In this document: positions 1 through 8,512 of the stretch, piece by piece
Layout: each line of letters opens with the position of its first letter
How positions within the stretch are numbered: the first letter of the stretch is position 1
From: a virus
Lineage: Duplodnaviria; Caudoviricetes
DNA: 41,494 nt
Strand: one strand, 5' to 3'
Virus record (IMG/VR): IMGVR_UViG_3300031938_000009
Location: 1 to 41,494 of that record
The notes under the pieces: generated by a model
Told to the model about the DNA's origin: nothing
Seen by the model: the letters and a program-made list of their open reading frames with translations, nothing else
Database searches by the model: none
Program-made: the position numbers and the translations under genes

Positions 1-56
1 GTCTGAGTTTTTCCGGGCCTTGGTGGCCCCCGGTGGGGGTGGTGCCGACCCTCGAG

Positions 57-380
57 TCAGGCTCGGAGGGTTCGACTTGATGTGCTTCGGTTACAGCGAA
101 CGTGTTCAGGACCGCGATACATAGTGCGGTCATGGTCGTCATGCCCGAGGTCGAACGGTTCGTCTGCCTTGATAGGTAGTGTGCACCGCCAGCATGTGAG
201 TGTGCCTGCCTCGTGCTCGGGTATGAACGCACGACGTAAGGCTTGATGACTCGCACCGTATCCGCGTTGGTTGCTGTTGCCACGCTGCTGCTCGTACTCA
301 CGATTGTGCTGTGTGCAGTAGCGACCTGATGCAGGGTGAGGGCAACCAGCCTTGGCACATATGCGCTTAGCTCTGGGCAT
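57..380 (-). CDS. HNH endonuclease, probably terminase-associated (genome end)
   Basis: CWRC...DLGH...PEHVRCN HNH motif plus N-terminal Cys/His cluster; last gene before the genome end, the usual position for cos-phage HNH. Confidence 0.8.
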   Translation of the reverse strand: MPRAKRICAKAGCPHPASGRYCTQHNREYEQQRGNSNQRGYGASHQALRRAFIPEHEAGTLTCWRCTLPIKADEPFDLGHDDHDRTMYRGPEHVRCNRSTSSRTLRA

Positions 381-552
381 TAGCCTCAGCCTGATACTCA
401 GCGTTCACCCTGCGGTCTACCGCGTAATGGTAAGTCCTACATGCCCAGCAGTTGAGGATAGATTGGCGGGGGCCAGTATCGCAGTGAAGGCAGGCAGTAA
501 TTCCCAGGTTCTGATGCATGACCATGCCGCAGGAACAGATAGGTCTAGCCAT
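367..552 (-). CDS. small Cys-rich hypothetical protein
   Basis: CSC, CLHC and CWAC pairs; GAGGGG RBS upstream. Confidence 0.6.
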   Translation of the reverse strand: MARPICSCGMVMHQNLGITACLHCDTGPRQSILNCWACRTYHYAVDRRVNAEYQAEANAQS

Positions 553-581
553 GTCAGCCCCTCACGTTTGATTACTAAAGA

Positions 582-764
582 TCAGTCATCTTCGTCATCG
601 GATCCGAGGTAAGTAACCTCAAGCCCGAAGGTATCCATGACATCATCCCGGCCCTCCATGTACGCACGCATATAGGTGCCAGCCTCGGCTATGCGGGTGT
701 TCTCACGGATACGCTCAGCATCAGCTTGGAACCATTCGGTTATGGCCCTTATGAGGTGCTTCAT
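582..764 (-). CDS. hypothetical protein
   Basis: ORF in operon context with acidic tail; start chosen at MKHL. Confidence 0.6.
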   Translation of the reverse strand: MKHLIRAITEWFQADAERIRENTRIAEAGTYMRAYMEGRDDVMDTFGLEVTYLGSDDEDD

Positions 765-774
765 TACCAACCCC

Positions 775-1731
775 TTACCGTGATGCGCGTGTGCGCGTGG
801 CGTCTTGCAGTTTGGCTGTTCCGCGTACCCAGCCTTTGCAGCGGCTGCATTCGTAGAGCCTGTAACTGGTGACGTTGGTGTGGTGGTGGCCGTCTCTGCG
901 GAGCTTGGTGGATCCGCAGTAGGGGCATGAGTGTTCGTCGCCGGTGAACATCCCGACGTGGGGCGCGTTGGTAAGCCAGGGGAGTAGCCGGAAATAGGCG
1001 CGCTCAGTGACCTTTATGTCACCTCTGTTGTACCGCTCCATCCGCTTCCAGGCTTCAGTGTCACCGTCGATGCAGGACAGCCATAGGCCGATGCCTTCGT
1101 GTTTGACCTTGGCTCCTACGCCGGCACGTTGCACGAGGTAATCGAGCTTTCGGCTTGGCAGGTCAAAGCGGGCCTTGTTCGTCTTCATCAGGTCGATGGA
1201 CTTGTAAGGCTTGGGTGGCGCCATGCCGGCGAGCATGAACTCGTTGTTAAGTCGCTTAACGTCGTATCGGTCGCCGTTGTAGGTGATGATGTAGTCCGCT
1301 TCGGAGAGTAGCCGGTGGGCGGCTTCGATCATGGCTTGCTTGCCGTCGCCGTGTTCGGAGTAGAAGAACGTTTCGGATTCGGGGGCGCCGAGCCATTTGG
1401 CTGCGAAGCACATCATGCCGCCGTGGTCCACGATGAAGTCTGTGCCGATGTTTTGGTCCCAGAGCCCCCAGTGGAAGCTGAGCAGCGGACGCGATTCGAT
1501 GTCAATCACGAGGGCGCGGACATTGGCTGCTTCTGGTGCGAGATGCTTGAGTGTCTTGGTGACGCTGGCTTGACGGAAGCAAACACATTCCTGCCTGCGA
1601 TGATCCTTCGTTGTCGTCGGACCAATACCCAGGCGCTTTGCAACCGCCGCAGCGGTCATGCCCTCAAGCTCAGCTAGTTCCTGCTGATCGAGTGTGGACG
1701 CCGCTTGGGCGTATTTGCATACGGCGCTCAT
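775..1731 (-). CDS. DEDD/RNase H-like (DnaQ/YprB-type) exonuclease with N-terminal HTH-like region and C-terminal Zn ribbon
   Basis: ExoI LVIDIES, ExoII YNGDRYD, ExoIII YNRGD; CPYC...CSRC; start at MSAVCK has GGAG RBS. Confidence 0.8.
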   Translation of the reverse strand: MSAVCKYAQAASTLDQQELAELEGMTAAAVAKRLGIGPTTTKDHRRQECVCFRQASVTKTLKHLAPEAANVRALVIDIESRPLLSFHWGLWDQNIGTDFIVDHGGMMCFAAKWLGAPESETFFYSEHGDGKQAMIEAAHRLLSEADYIITYNGDRYDVKRLNNEFMLAGMAPPKPYKSIDLMKTNKARFDLPSRKLDYLVQRAGVGAKVKHEGIGLWLSCIDGDTEAWKRMERYNRGDIKVTERAYFRLLPWLTNAPHVGMFTGDEHSCPYCGSTKLRRDGHHHTNVTSYRLYECSRCKGWVRGTAKLQDATRTRASR

Positions 1732-1932
1732 GTGCTCATCTCCGGTGCTCAAACGGTAAGTTGTGTGCCAGCCTTGGTTCTTCCGGCGCTGGCTACCGGC
1801 CTCTTTCTGCATCACGCAGCGAAATCTTTGCTCATTCGTTTAGGGGTGGCCGCGTCATCTCGACGAGGGCCGTGCGCGTAACCCAGCGCGGGAGATAAAA
1901 CCTCCAAGGGGGGTTGGTGTTTATATCTGTTT

Positions 1933-2292
1933 GAGTGCTTTCACCACTCGGTTCGCCCGGTCGGCATAAGGTAGCGATTCTCTGCCCGGCGCGAATCTGT
2001 CCCTGGTGCGGCAGGCTCAGCGATGAGCGGCGCTTGCCTTCACGCGGGCGGAAATCTCCGACTGAGCGCGTCGCGGCGTGTTGACCGCACCAGGAAGTTT
2101 TGGGTGCACAAAAGCCCCCGGACCTGAACGCTACTTAAAGGCAGACAGGTGCGAGGGCTTCCGGCAGTGCGGCACTTTTTCTGATGGGGACTGCTGCGTG
2201 TGGACCCCGATGCGCTATGCCCGTCCACCATACGGAGGCAATCTGCATAGCAGGCATCACAATGATGCGATTTTGGAGCCATTTCTGGCCCT
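1933..2292 (-). ncRNA. candidate structured late leader or ncRNA
   Basis: about 7 consecutive stem-loops with A-rich linkers directly after a consensus promoter; no convincing CDS. Confidence 0.45.
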
Positions 2293-2297
2293 CTTCT

Positions 2298-2354
2298 AGG
2301 GTAACTCATGAACTGCGCATCTGTCAACCAGAATGAACCAGAATCAACCAGAAT
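2298..2354 (-). promoter_or_regulatory. putative late promoter with 3 phased repeats
   Basis: TTGACA (2327-2322), 18 bp, TACCCT (2303-2298); AACCAGAAT at 2326, 2336 and 2346. Confidence 0.7.
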
Positions 2355-2356
2355 CT

Positions 2357-3100
2357 TTACGCGGCGCGCAGGGCCCGCTGGTAGACGTCCTGGATCCGGA
2401 ATAGGCGCCGGCCTTTGTCGTCGTGGTCGGTGGCTGTTAGGTGGCCCCATTTGACCCAGTTTTCGATGTCTTTGGGGGTGACTTTGACGCCTTGTTTGCT
2501 GAGGGTGCGTGCGGCTTGTGCGGCGCGGACGGGCGTTTCGTCGTGTCCGAGTGCTGTTAGTGCGCGTGCTTCCCAGTATTTGGTAATGTTGTAGCTTTCG
2601 CCGCAGGTGGTGCAGCGGGTTTCGTGGTCGCCTTCGTGGGCTTTGAGTGGTGTCCCGCATTCGAATGTGGTGCAGGCTCCGAGGCGGACAACGTGCTGGG
2701 TGCTGTCGATAATGCGTTCGCCGCGCTCGACTTCCGCTTTCAACTGTTCCCGGTAGGATGTTGCGGATTTGTGCCGTGCGAGTATGTGGATGCAGTCAAT
2801 GATGCCTTCGACGTAGTGGATCGGTGTTATGTTGCGGGTTGGTGTTAGTCCGACGCGGATCCACATGGCGAGTAGGAGGTGTTCGAGGGTGCCTTTGGTT
2901 TCGAGCGCGCTAACGTTGACTCCCATTGGCCGCTCAGCAGATCCGCCACCGCCGCGGGTGCCGGTGACATCCAACTTGGCCCCGGTTGTGCGGAGTTCAT
3001 TCAAAAGGTCGGGTACGCTGCGGAGGTCGTTCACCATGTCCCGCACGCACTCGTTACACAGGAATTGATCAGTTGGGCGGGAGCAAGGGCAGGTGTTCAT
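2357..3100 (-). CDS. Zn-binding protein with C-terminal MerR/Xis-like winged HTH; probable late transcription regulator
   Basis: CPC..CNEC and CTTFEC..CTTC; C-terminal AAQAARTL..IENWVKWGHL..RRLFRIQDV; lies directly upstream of the late promoter. Confidence 0.65.
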   Translation of the reverse strand: MNTCPCSRPTDQFLCNECVRDMVNDLRSVPDLLNELRTTGAKLDVTGTRGGGGSAERPMGVNVSALETKGTLEHLLLAMWIRVGLTPTRNITPIHYVEGIIDCIHILARHKSATSYREQLKAEVERGERIIDSTQHVVRLGACTTFECGTPLKAHEGDHETRCTTCGESYNITKYWEARALTALGHDETPVRAAQAARTLSKQGVKVTPKDIENWVKWGHLTATDHDDKGRRLFRIQDVYQRALRAA

Positions 3101-3288
3101 TCGGCCTCTCCCAGTGCGTCGAGGATCTTCTTCGCTAGCTCTCGGGCGTCATTCATGTTGTCCTGGACGTGATGTTCGTGCGACTCGTGCGGGGTGAGAG
3201 CGTAATCCATCCAGTTTTCGTCATTGGTCGCCAGTGCTTCGGCAATTATCTTCGCGACTAATTCAATGGCCTCGGTCCTATCCTTCAC
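3097..3288 (-). CDS. hypothetical protein
   Basis: 4-bp start/stop coupling on both sides. Confidence 0.65.
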   Translation of the reverse strand: MKDRTEAIELVAKIIAEALATNDENWMDYALTPHESHEHHVQDNMNDARELAKKILDALGEAE

Positions 3289-3578
3289 GCCTCAACCGCT
3301 TCCAGCTCGTCATCCAGTAGCGCAGTCTCTAAGAGCCCGTTGGCCCATGCGGCGAACATGGTCCATTCGCCTAGTTCCATGTCCGCATCCAACTTGACTG
3401 CGTGGAGTGTGCGCATGGCGTTGGGTTCGCGTGAGGCGAGGTAGTGGCCTAGTTTGTCGAGGGTGAGGGGGTCGCCTGTGTTGGGGTTGCGTCCGGTGTT
3501 GTGGTCGTCCCAGGCTTTGAGGATGCGGGCACGGAACTCGGGGTAGCTGCGTCGGGCGGCTATGTCACGAATCTTCAC
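3285..3578 (-). CDS. hypothetical protein
   Basis: GAGGGG RBS before GTG 3578 (alternative start 3614); coupled downstream. Confidence 0.6.
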   Translation of the reverse strand: MKIRDIAARRSYPEFRARILKAWDDHNTGRNPNTGDPLTLDKLGHYLASREPNAMRTLHAVKLDADMELGEWTMFAAWANGLLETALLDDELEAVEA

Positions 3579-3762
3579 TGTAACGCCCCTCGCATAGCAG
3601 GTAGTCCATGTCACTTACAACTTCAAGATCAACAAGGTCGTGCCAGTTTCCGTTTACCAGCCCTGATCCGCTACTGTCCCACTGCGCTCTTGCCTGTTCT
3701 AGGTCCATTCCTAGTTTGTCAAGGGCTGAGTTCCTTTTGGCGATTAGTTCGTTTTTGCTCAT
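3565..3762 (-). CDS. hypothetical protein
   Basis: MSKNELIAK... fills the operon gap. Confidence 0.5.
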   Translation of the reverse strand: MSKNELIAKRNSALDKLGMDLEQARAQWDSSGSGLVNGNWHDLVDLEVVSDMDYLLCEGRYSEDS

Positions 3763-3772
3763 GAAGTGAATT

Positions 3773-3970
3773 TCAAGCGGCTTCTTCACGGCCGGCCTCT
3801 TCCTGTTCGATCTGATCTGCTCGGTTTCGCAGGTGGTCGATGGGAAATAGTTCAAACCATTCCCACGTTCCAGAGCGGATCCCGTCCCTGTCAGAGTTCA
3901 TGGGCAGCGACTCAAAGTAGTCTGCTGCCTCACGGAGTGCCTGGGCTCTTATGCTGGACTCGCTTCTCAT
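3773..3970 (-). CDS. hypothetical protein
   Basis: ATGA coupling; AQALREAAD..LRNRAD pattern seen in actinophage small proteins. Confidence 0.65.
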   Translation of the reverse strand: MRSESSIRAQALREAADYFESLPMNSDRDGIRSGTWEWFELFPIDHLRNRADQIEQEEAGREEAA

Positions 3971-4083
3971 CGGTACCCCTCGGCATGCTCAGCGAACCAG
4001 TTGCCGGCGTCAGACTTAGCGGCCTCCTGCTGCTGTTGACGTTCCCTGATTTCCCGCTCGATGTGTTCTTGAAGGCTGCACAT
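3967..4083 (-). CDS. 38-aa hypothetical protein (not in ORF track)
   Basis: MCSLQEHIERE...EGYR; TAATG and ATGA coupling. Confidence 0.55.
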   Translation of the reverse strand: MCSLQEHIEREIRERQQQQEAAKSDAGNWFAEHAEGYR

Positions 4084-4232
4084 TATTTGGTTCCCCCGTG
4101 TATTTGGCAGTTTGGGTTGGTTGGTCGTTGCTGTCGTGGGTTGTATCGGCTGGGTGGGCAGCTACAGCCTGCGTATCTGTTGGTTGGTCTGTGCCACCAG
4201 TCGGCTCCTGTGCCGACTACGGTGTTAGACAC
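4083..4232 (-). CDS. 49-aa CxC...CxxHG protein (not in ORF track)
   Basis: MSNTVVGTGADWW..GCSCPP..NPNCQIHG; GGAGG RBS; coupled. Confidence 0.55.
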   Translation of the reverse strand: MSNTVVGTGADWWHRPTNRYAGCSCPPSRYNPRQQRPTNPNCQIHGGTK

Positions 4233-4392
4233 CGGTCCTCCACCTGATGTCGGCGCGTTGGGTGTCGGATAGTGCGGTCCATTGCGTGAGTGTTAGCCCG
4301 GCCCGGTGCATGATGTCCGCGTCACGGCGGCTGATCTTCGGGATGTCCGGCAACTCGATGGGCGTGTGCTGCTTACTGAACAACCAGGTCAT
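4225..4392 (-). CDS. hypothetical protein
   Basis: MTWLFSK...; ATGA coupling. Confidence 0.6.
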   Translation of the reverse strand: MTWLFSKQHTPIELPDIPKISRRDADIMHRAGLTLTQWTALSDTQRADIRWRTGV

Positions 4393-4544
4393 TTCGCGCC
4401 CTCGTTCTTGCGTGGCGTGCAAACGAAAAAGTCGGGTTGAATAACTGGCTTGAACGGGACAACCATCCACCGGCCACCATAAAACTCGACATACGAGTCA
4501 GGGTTGCACGCAGCGAACGCTTCCTCACGGGTCGGGTGGATCAT
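4389..4544 (-). CDS. hypothetical protein
   Basis: MIHPTREEAF...; coupled. Confidence 0.55.
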   Translation of the reverse strand: MIHPTREEAFAACNPDSYVEFYGGRWMVVPFKPVIQPDFFVCTPRKNEGAK

Positions 4545-4548
4545 GGCC

Positions 4549-4740
4549 TCAGCACCCCCCGCAGATGTCTTCATGGCGGGGAGTGTCCGCAGCCCAAGCG
4601 AACCCGCCATAGGCCAGCGCTGCGGTAAGGAACCCAGTCCCGCACCAGCGCAGGTCGCCAACCCATATTGAAGCGGCGAACATTCCGAACGCAGCCAGCA
4701 CGCACAAAACACTTAGAACCAGCAAGAAAGACTTCATCAC
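4549..4740 (-). CDS. small 2-TM membrane protein
   Basis: two hydrophobic segments; GTGA coupling. Confidence 0.6.
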   Translation of the reverse strand: MMKSFLLVLSVLCVLAAFGMFAASIWVGDLRWCGTGFLTAALAYGGFAWAADTPRHEDICGGC

Positions 4741-4874
4741 GCGTTCACCTCGATCTGCTTTTCGAGGTTCTTAGCCAAGGCGGTTGCTTCACTCAGGCTC
4801 CGGTAATTCACGCTGTCTTCGGGGATGCCGGCCAACACGTTGAGCAGGTCAGCCAGGACACGTTGCGGGGTCAT
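4737..4874 (-). CDS. hypothetical protein
   Basis: MTPQRVLADLL...; GGAGG RBS and ATGA coupling. Confidence 0.6.
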   Translation of the reverse strand: MTPQRVLADLLNVLAGIPEDSVNYRSLSEATALAKNLEKQIEVNA

Positions 4875-5278
4875 TTGGAAGCCTCCGCTTCGTAAAGAAC
4901 GGTTGCCGGAAGAACAACTTCCCAGCTGTATGAGCAGAGATCCGAACCAGTGTGGTAAAAATACGTCCCGTACGGTTCCCCCCACTGGCCCTGGCACTCG
5001 TATACATGGGGGAATGACTTATTACTGTCACGAATGACAGTGCCTTCCTGAAGCGCGTCCAACTCATCCAGGGAGGTAATGATGCGTGGCTTCTGGTAAC
5101 CTGCCGCGATGATAGCGGCTGCGGGGGCGGTGAATACGTCACTAATACGTTTGCGGTCAACGGCGCCAACATATTCGCGCCTGATAATACGGGCCAGTTC
5201 TGCTAGCCCATCGCTCATGGCCTCTAAGCCCATCATGTGTCTCAATTCATTTGGGGCCGGGCGCTCATTCCCGGCCAT
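4871..5278 (-). CDS. hypothetical protein (leaderless)
   Basis: ATG 6 nt after a TAAACT -10. Confidence 0.7.
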   Translation of the reverse strand: MAGNERPAPNELRHMMGLEAMSDGLAELARIIRREYVGAVDRKRISDVFTAPAAAIIAAGYQKPRIITSLDELDALQEGTVIRDSNKSFPHVYECQGQWGEPYGTYFYHTGSDLCSYSWEVVLPATVLYEAEASK

Positions 5279-5284
5279 GTACGC

Positions 5285-5332
5285 AGTTTATCTGGTTGTT
5301 TCTGGTTGTTCAAGGACCAGAACGGACCAGAA
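5285..5332 (-). promoter_or_regulatory. promoter with four TCTGG repeats (two direct pairs in opposite orientation)
   Basis: TTGAAC, 17 bp (AACCAGAAACAACCAGA), TAAACT; upstream TTCTGGTCCG TTCTGGTCC. Confidence 0.7.
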
Positions 5333-5351
5333 GTGAAAAGGGCAAAAAAAT

Positions 5352-5807
5352 TTAGAGCTGCTCGATGGTCAGGATCACGCGAGCCTCACCCTTGCCCCCA
5401 CGTCGATGATCCGGGCCAATGACGTGCTCCCAGTCGTCGTCCCTGAGTACGCCAGCGTCAACGAGGCCATCCACCAGGGGCTTTACCGTGTCCCAGTAGT
5501 TGTTCGGATCCCAGCGCCCACCACGGGGTTTGATGATGTGGGCCGTGATGTGAACCTGGCCCTCAAACGGCGGAGTATGATACGCGGCCTTCTCGCCGGC
5601 CTTCCGCCACGCCTTGGTTAGCTTGGCTTTCTCCATGCGGTGATGCCTCTGGTTCGTGTTGAGCAGTTTGCAGGGTGCGGGGATGTCGATCACGCTGATA
5701 CGTCGGGAACGCGCTTTCTTAGCGTCTTTCTGCGCGTCAGCACCTTCCCATTCCTGCGCGTTGCTTCCGGTCCCGCTACGGGGCTCCTGTGGCTTCTGAG
5801 GGGTCAC
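5352..5807 (-). CDS. RusA-like Holliday junction resolvase
   Basis: RWDPNN..KPLVDGLVDAGVLRDDD matches the RusA D-x-D-N..K..D..G...DD pattern. Confidence 0.75.
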   Translation of the reverse strand: MTPQKPQEPRSGTGSNAQEWEGADAQKDAKKARSRRISVIDIPAPCKLLNTNQRHHRMEKAKLTKAWRKAGEKAAYHTPPFEGQVHITAHIIKPRGGRWDPNNYWDTVKPLVDGLVDAGVLRDDDWEHVIGPDHRRGGKGEARVILTIEQL

Positions 5808-6001
5808 GCAGCATCACCGTCCGCGATGGGTTCAGCCTTGGTTGACTCCGCCCAACCCTTCGATGGGCGGCATAGCTGGTCTAGTTTCGCTTCAGCCCAC
5901 TTCACTTGACCGTTTCGCTTGCTATGCTTCCAGGCTGCAAAAAACCCATCCCATTGGATTGGCTGCCCACAGTGCTTGCATCGGTTCGTCTCGGCACTCA
6001 C
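5804..6001 (-). CDS. small CxxC protein
   Basis: CKHCG; coupled on both sides. Confidence 0.6.
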   Translation of the reverse strand: MSAETNRCKHCGQPIQWDGFFAAWKHSKRNGQVKWAEAKLDQLCRPSKGWAESTKAEPIADGDAA

Positions 6002-6444
6002 GCAGCCTCAGCCTCCCCGCGCAGGATCCGGTCCCTGGCCGCGAACGCCTGTTGACGGTCGCCGGTTTCCCTGAGCACGGTCGCGTAGGCCCGTTCCGCG
6101 TTACCCTCACGCCGGCCCTGCTCAAACAACGCCATAAACTCCGGCGACTCGCGGATCTTCCGGCGATAATCAGCCTCAGTCTTGGGCCTTGAAGGTGGCT
6201 CGATGGCGCGTTGCTGAGCATCGCGGGTGTTCCGCACCGTCTGCGCCCGTTTGCGGATAGCACCAGGACTAGCCGCGATGGACTCGTTAGTCCGGTAATG
6301 CTCGAGGATGGCCTGCTTAGCCTCGGACGAATCGAACGGGGCCAGCGAGTGAGCCCACAGCTCCACCGCGGCTTCGTTCAGCATCACGCGAGGATCAACC
6401 TGGTTCACCCAAGTGAGCATCGCGATTGTTTCCCTACGGTCCAT
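5998..6444 (-). CDS. putative helicase loader/inhibitor (G39P-like)
   Basis: follows the initiator; AVELWAHSL...AKQAILEHY...PGAI pattern. Confidence 0.55.
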   Translation of the reverse strand: MDRRETIAMLTWVNQVDPRVMLNEAAVELWAHSLAPFDSSEAKQAILEHYRTNESIAASPGAIRKRAQTVRNTRDAQQRAIEPPSRPKTEADYRRKIRESPEFMALFEQGRREGNAERAYATVLRETGDRQQAFAARDRILRGEAEAA

Positions 6445-6448
6445 GTAC

Positions 6449-7387
6449 CTAACCTGCTATCTCTCGAAAAATGGGTTGCTGTGCGGCTTCTTGAGCGTCG
6501 TGTTGGGCGAGCATCGCCATGCCTCGTGCGAGTCCGCGGGCTGAGTGGTCCATCCTCGGGGCTGCTTTTTCCTGGTCCCCGAGCATCCAGTTCCGCCAGG
6601 CTGCTACCCAGTCGAGCTTTGTGGCGTTCTTTGTCGTGGATGTCCAGTGATTGATGAACTTCTCTGTGGAGAGCTGAAGGTTGATGGTAAGGCCCTTGCT
6701 GCTGGCCCATTGGTACATCTCGGCGGTGATGGAGAAGTCTTCGGGGATGCGGTGGCCACGCTTGCGGGGCCCACTCTTTTTATCTTCGTTAGAAGATGTG
6801 GTTGTAGCAGTAGTAGTAGCTGTGTGCATGGAAATGCTTTGGGAATCCTTTGGCAAAGGGTTAGCCAAGGGGGCTGGTTCTGCTATGGCAAAGCTTTGGC
6901 AAAGCTCTTTCATATCCTTTGCCTCAGCCTTGAGGATCGACTGAACGCGGGAGTCCTTCCAGAGCGTTAGCCCAGGTTCCTCATCGTGCAATTTCTTTAG
7001 TTCGAAAGACACAAAAGAACGGATCTCTGACGACGCGATGCAGGCCCAGTCATTAGCCATCGATACGTGCAACCGAGGGTGCTTGATCACACCATCGTGG
7101 CGCAGGAACGACCGCACTAAGACTTCCTCGGTATCCGCGTCCGTGTAGATGAACGATGCTGCGCGAAGGTGCTCAGCATCTGCTTCTACATCAGCGCTTG
7201 TCCTGCCGGCGGTGAGTGCCGCCAGGCGCCCAGGCCGCCAATCTCCCACGCCGGCATAGTTCAGTGTGGCGTGGGTCAAGATCTGCATGTAAAGGTGTTG
7301 TGCCCCAACGGGGAGTGTTCGCCAGTCGGAGTCGGACCACATATCCACTCGGATGTTTGCTCTATCTCGCGCCAATTGTTGCCCCAC
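6449..7387 (-). CDS. phage replication initiator (RepA/O-like)
   Basis: N-terminal wHTH-like region, Thr-rich linker, C-terminal KFINHW..DWVAAWRNW; contains iterons; start may be TTG 7375. Confidence 0.7.
   Translation of the reverse strand: MGQQLARDRANIRVDMWSDSDWRTLPVGAQHLYMQILTHATLNYAGVGDWRPGRLAALTAGRTSADVEADAEHLRAASFIYTDADTEEVLVRSFLRHDGVIKHPRLHVSMANDWACIASSEIRSFVSFELKKLHDEEPGLTLWKDSRVQSILKAEAKDMKELCQSFAIAEPAPLANPLPKDSQSISMHTATTTATTTSSNEDKKSGPRKRGHRIPEDFSITAEMYQWASSKGLTINLQLSTEKFINHWTSTTKNATKLDWVAAWRNWMLGDQEKAAPRMDHSARGLARGMAMLAQHDAQEAAQQPIFREIAG
6827..6904. repeat. iteron-like repeats, putative replication origin
   Basis: CTTTGGCAAAG at 6848 and 6894, CTATGGCAAAG at 6883, CTTTGGGAATC at 6837, GTTAGCCAAGG at 6860. 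Confidence 0.6.
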
Positions 7388-7937
7388 CCTTCAGTCCGCC
7401 ATCGCTCATTGCATCGTCAAGCGTCCGCCACACAACGCCGGCCATATAGGCGAACTCGGGAGCTGGCCCGTAGCGGAGGTTTTCCTTATCCATCGCAATG
7501 GAAATTGCTTGGAGGACGAGTTCAAGCGGCACGCCCATGCGGCACCATCGGTAGAGTGCCGTCCTGTAGTCGTTAGGCAGTGGCCGGCGAGGGTCGTCCC
7601 ACAGCTCCCACATTTCTTCGAAGCAATCGGCGTACACCTTTTCCCGAAGGATGGATTTCCTGATGTTGTCCATTCGCTCGGCAACGTCAACCGCGTACGC
7701 AGCGGCGAGCTTGCCAACGGAGGCAACCAGGGGCGCGTCCGCCGGCAGCGAGGTCTTGCCGAGGTTGCAGTCCTTGCAAGCGGCAACCAGGTTGTCTGGC
7801 TTGTCCGTTCCGCCGAGGCTCACGGGAACAACGTGGTCCACATGCAGTGTCACGTTAGGGGCTTTTTCGCCGCAGTACTGGCATGTGTGGTTGTCGCGTC
7901 GGAGGATTTCAAACCGGAGCCGTTTGGAGACAGCCAT
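7362..7937 (-). CDS. HNH endonuclease domain protein
   Basis: RDNHTCQYCG..HVDHVVP..GG..NLVAACKDCN. Confidence 0.85.
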   Translation of the reverse strand: MAVSKRLRFEILRRDNHTCQYCGEKAPNVTLHVDHVVPVSLGGTDKPDNLVAACKDCNLGKTSLPADAPLVASVGKLAAAYAVDVAERMDNIRKSILREKVYADCFEEMWELWDDPRRPLPNDYRTALYRWCRMGVPLELVLQAISIAMDKENLRYGPAPEFAYMAGVVWRTLDDAMSDGGLKGGATIGAR

Positions 7938-8417
7938 CTAGTTCCCTACCCATCCTGGTTGTGTGTTGAATATGGCGGTGTAGAGGTCTGCGCGGCCTGC
8001 TTCGTAGAGTCTGGTTTGGAGGCTGGATGGTTTGTATCCGGTGGCTTGGGTTATGCGCGCCCAACCCTCACCGCAGTGGTAGAGGAATTCGATTTCTTCG
8101 ATGAGTGCTTGGGGGTCTACGCGTTCGGGGATTCCTTTTGCGCGGCGGATTTCGGCGTGCATGGCTTTGTGCGCCGCCTTGCATACGTCGCATGGTTTTT
8201 CGCCGTGCGTGGTGTGGCGCTTGTACGCGGCTGTGGTGCCGCAGGGTTTGAGTGGGGGGCGGACACCGCCGCGTTCTTTGCGGCGTTCGGAGTTGTACGC
8301 TTCCCGGCACGGGTCGCAGGGGTGTTCGTGCCGTTTGCGGTGCCTGTACCAGCCGGAGTTGGTGCCGCAGACGCCCGTATCGGTGGGGTTTTTCTTTTCG
8401 AGTGTTTGGGTGCTCAT
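7938..8417 (-). CDS. protein with two CGT..H..CxxC motifs and C-terminal HTH-like region
   Basis: CGTNSGWYRH..PCDPC and CGTTAAYKRH..PCDVC. Confidence 0.7.
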   Translation of the reverse strand: MSTQTLEKKNPTDTGVCGTNSGWYRHRKRHEHPCDPCREAYNSERRKERGGVRPPLKPCGTTAAYKRHTTHGEKPCDVCKAAHKAMHAEIRRAKGIPERVDPQALIEEIEFLYHCGEGWARITQATGYKPSSLQTRLYEAGRADLYTAIFNTQPGWVGN

Positions 8418-8512
8418 GGTTTGGTTTCTCGTTTCTTCCGCTGCTGTGCGCGGCGGGTGTTGTCGGCTAGTTTGCGTGCGGCGCGGCGTTCCTGGTCTGA
8501 CTCGCGGGTCAC
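8414..8512 (-). CDS. 32-aa basic peptide (not in ORF track)
   Basis: MTRESDQERRAARK...; GTGA and ATGA coupling on both sides. Confidence 0.5.
   Translation of the reverse strand: MTRESDQERRAARKLADNTRRAQQRKKRETKP

Noticed and set aside
95-165. SOS-box-like GAAC..GTTC sequences
   Set aside because: Spacing is 1-2 nt rather than 4 and they lie inside a CDS.
1933-2292. tRNA or hammerhead ribozyme in the late leader
   Set aside because: No T-loop/cloverleaf and no correctly arranged CUGAUGA/GAAA core seen by eye.
2326-2354. CRISPR or mini-array reading of the short repeats
   Set aside because: Units are 10 bp with no spacers and there are no cas genes; the PD-(D/E)XK gene is RecE-like in a recombination context.
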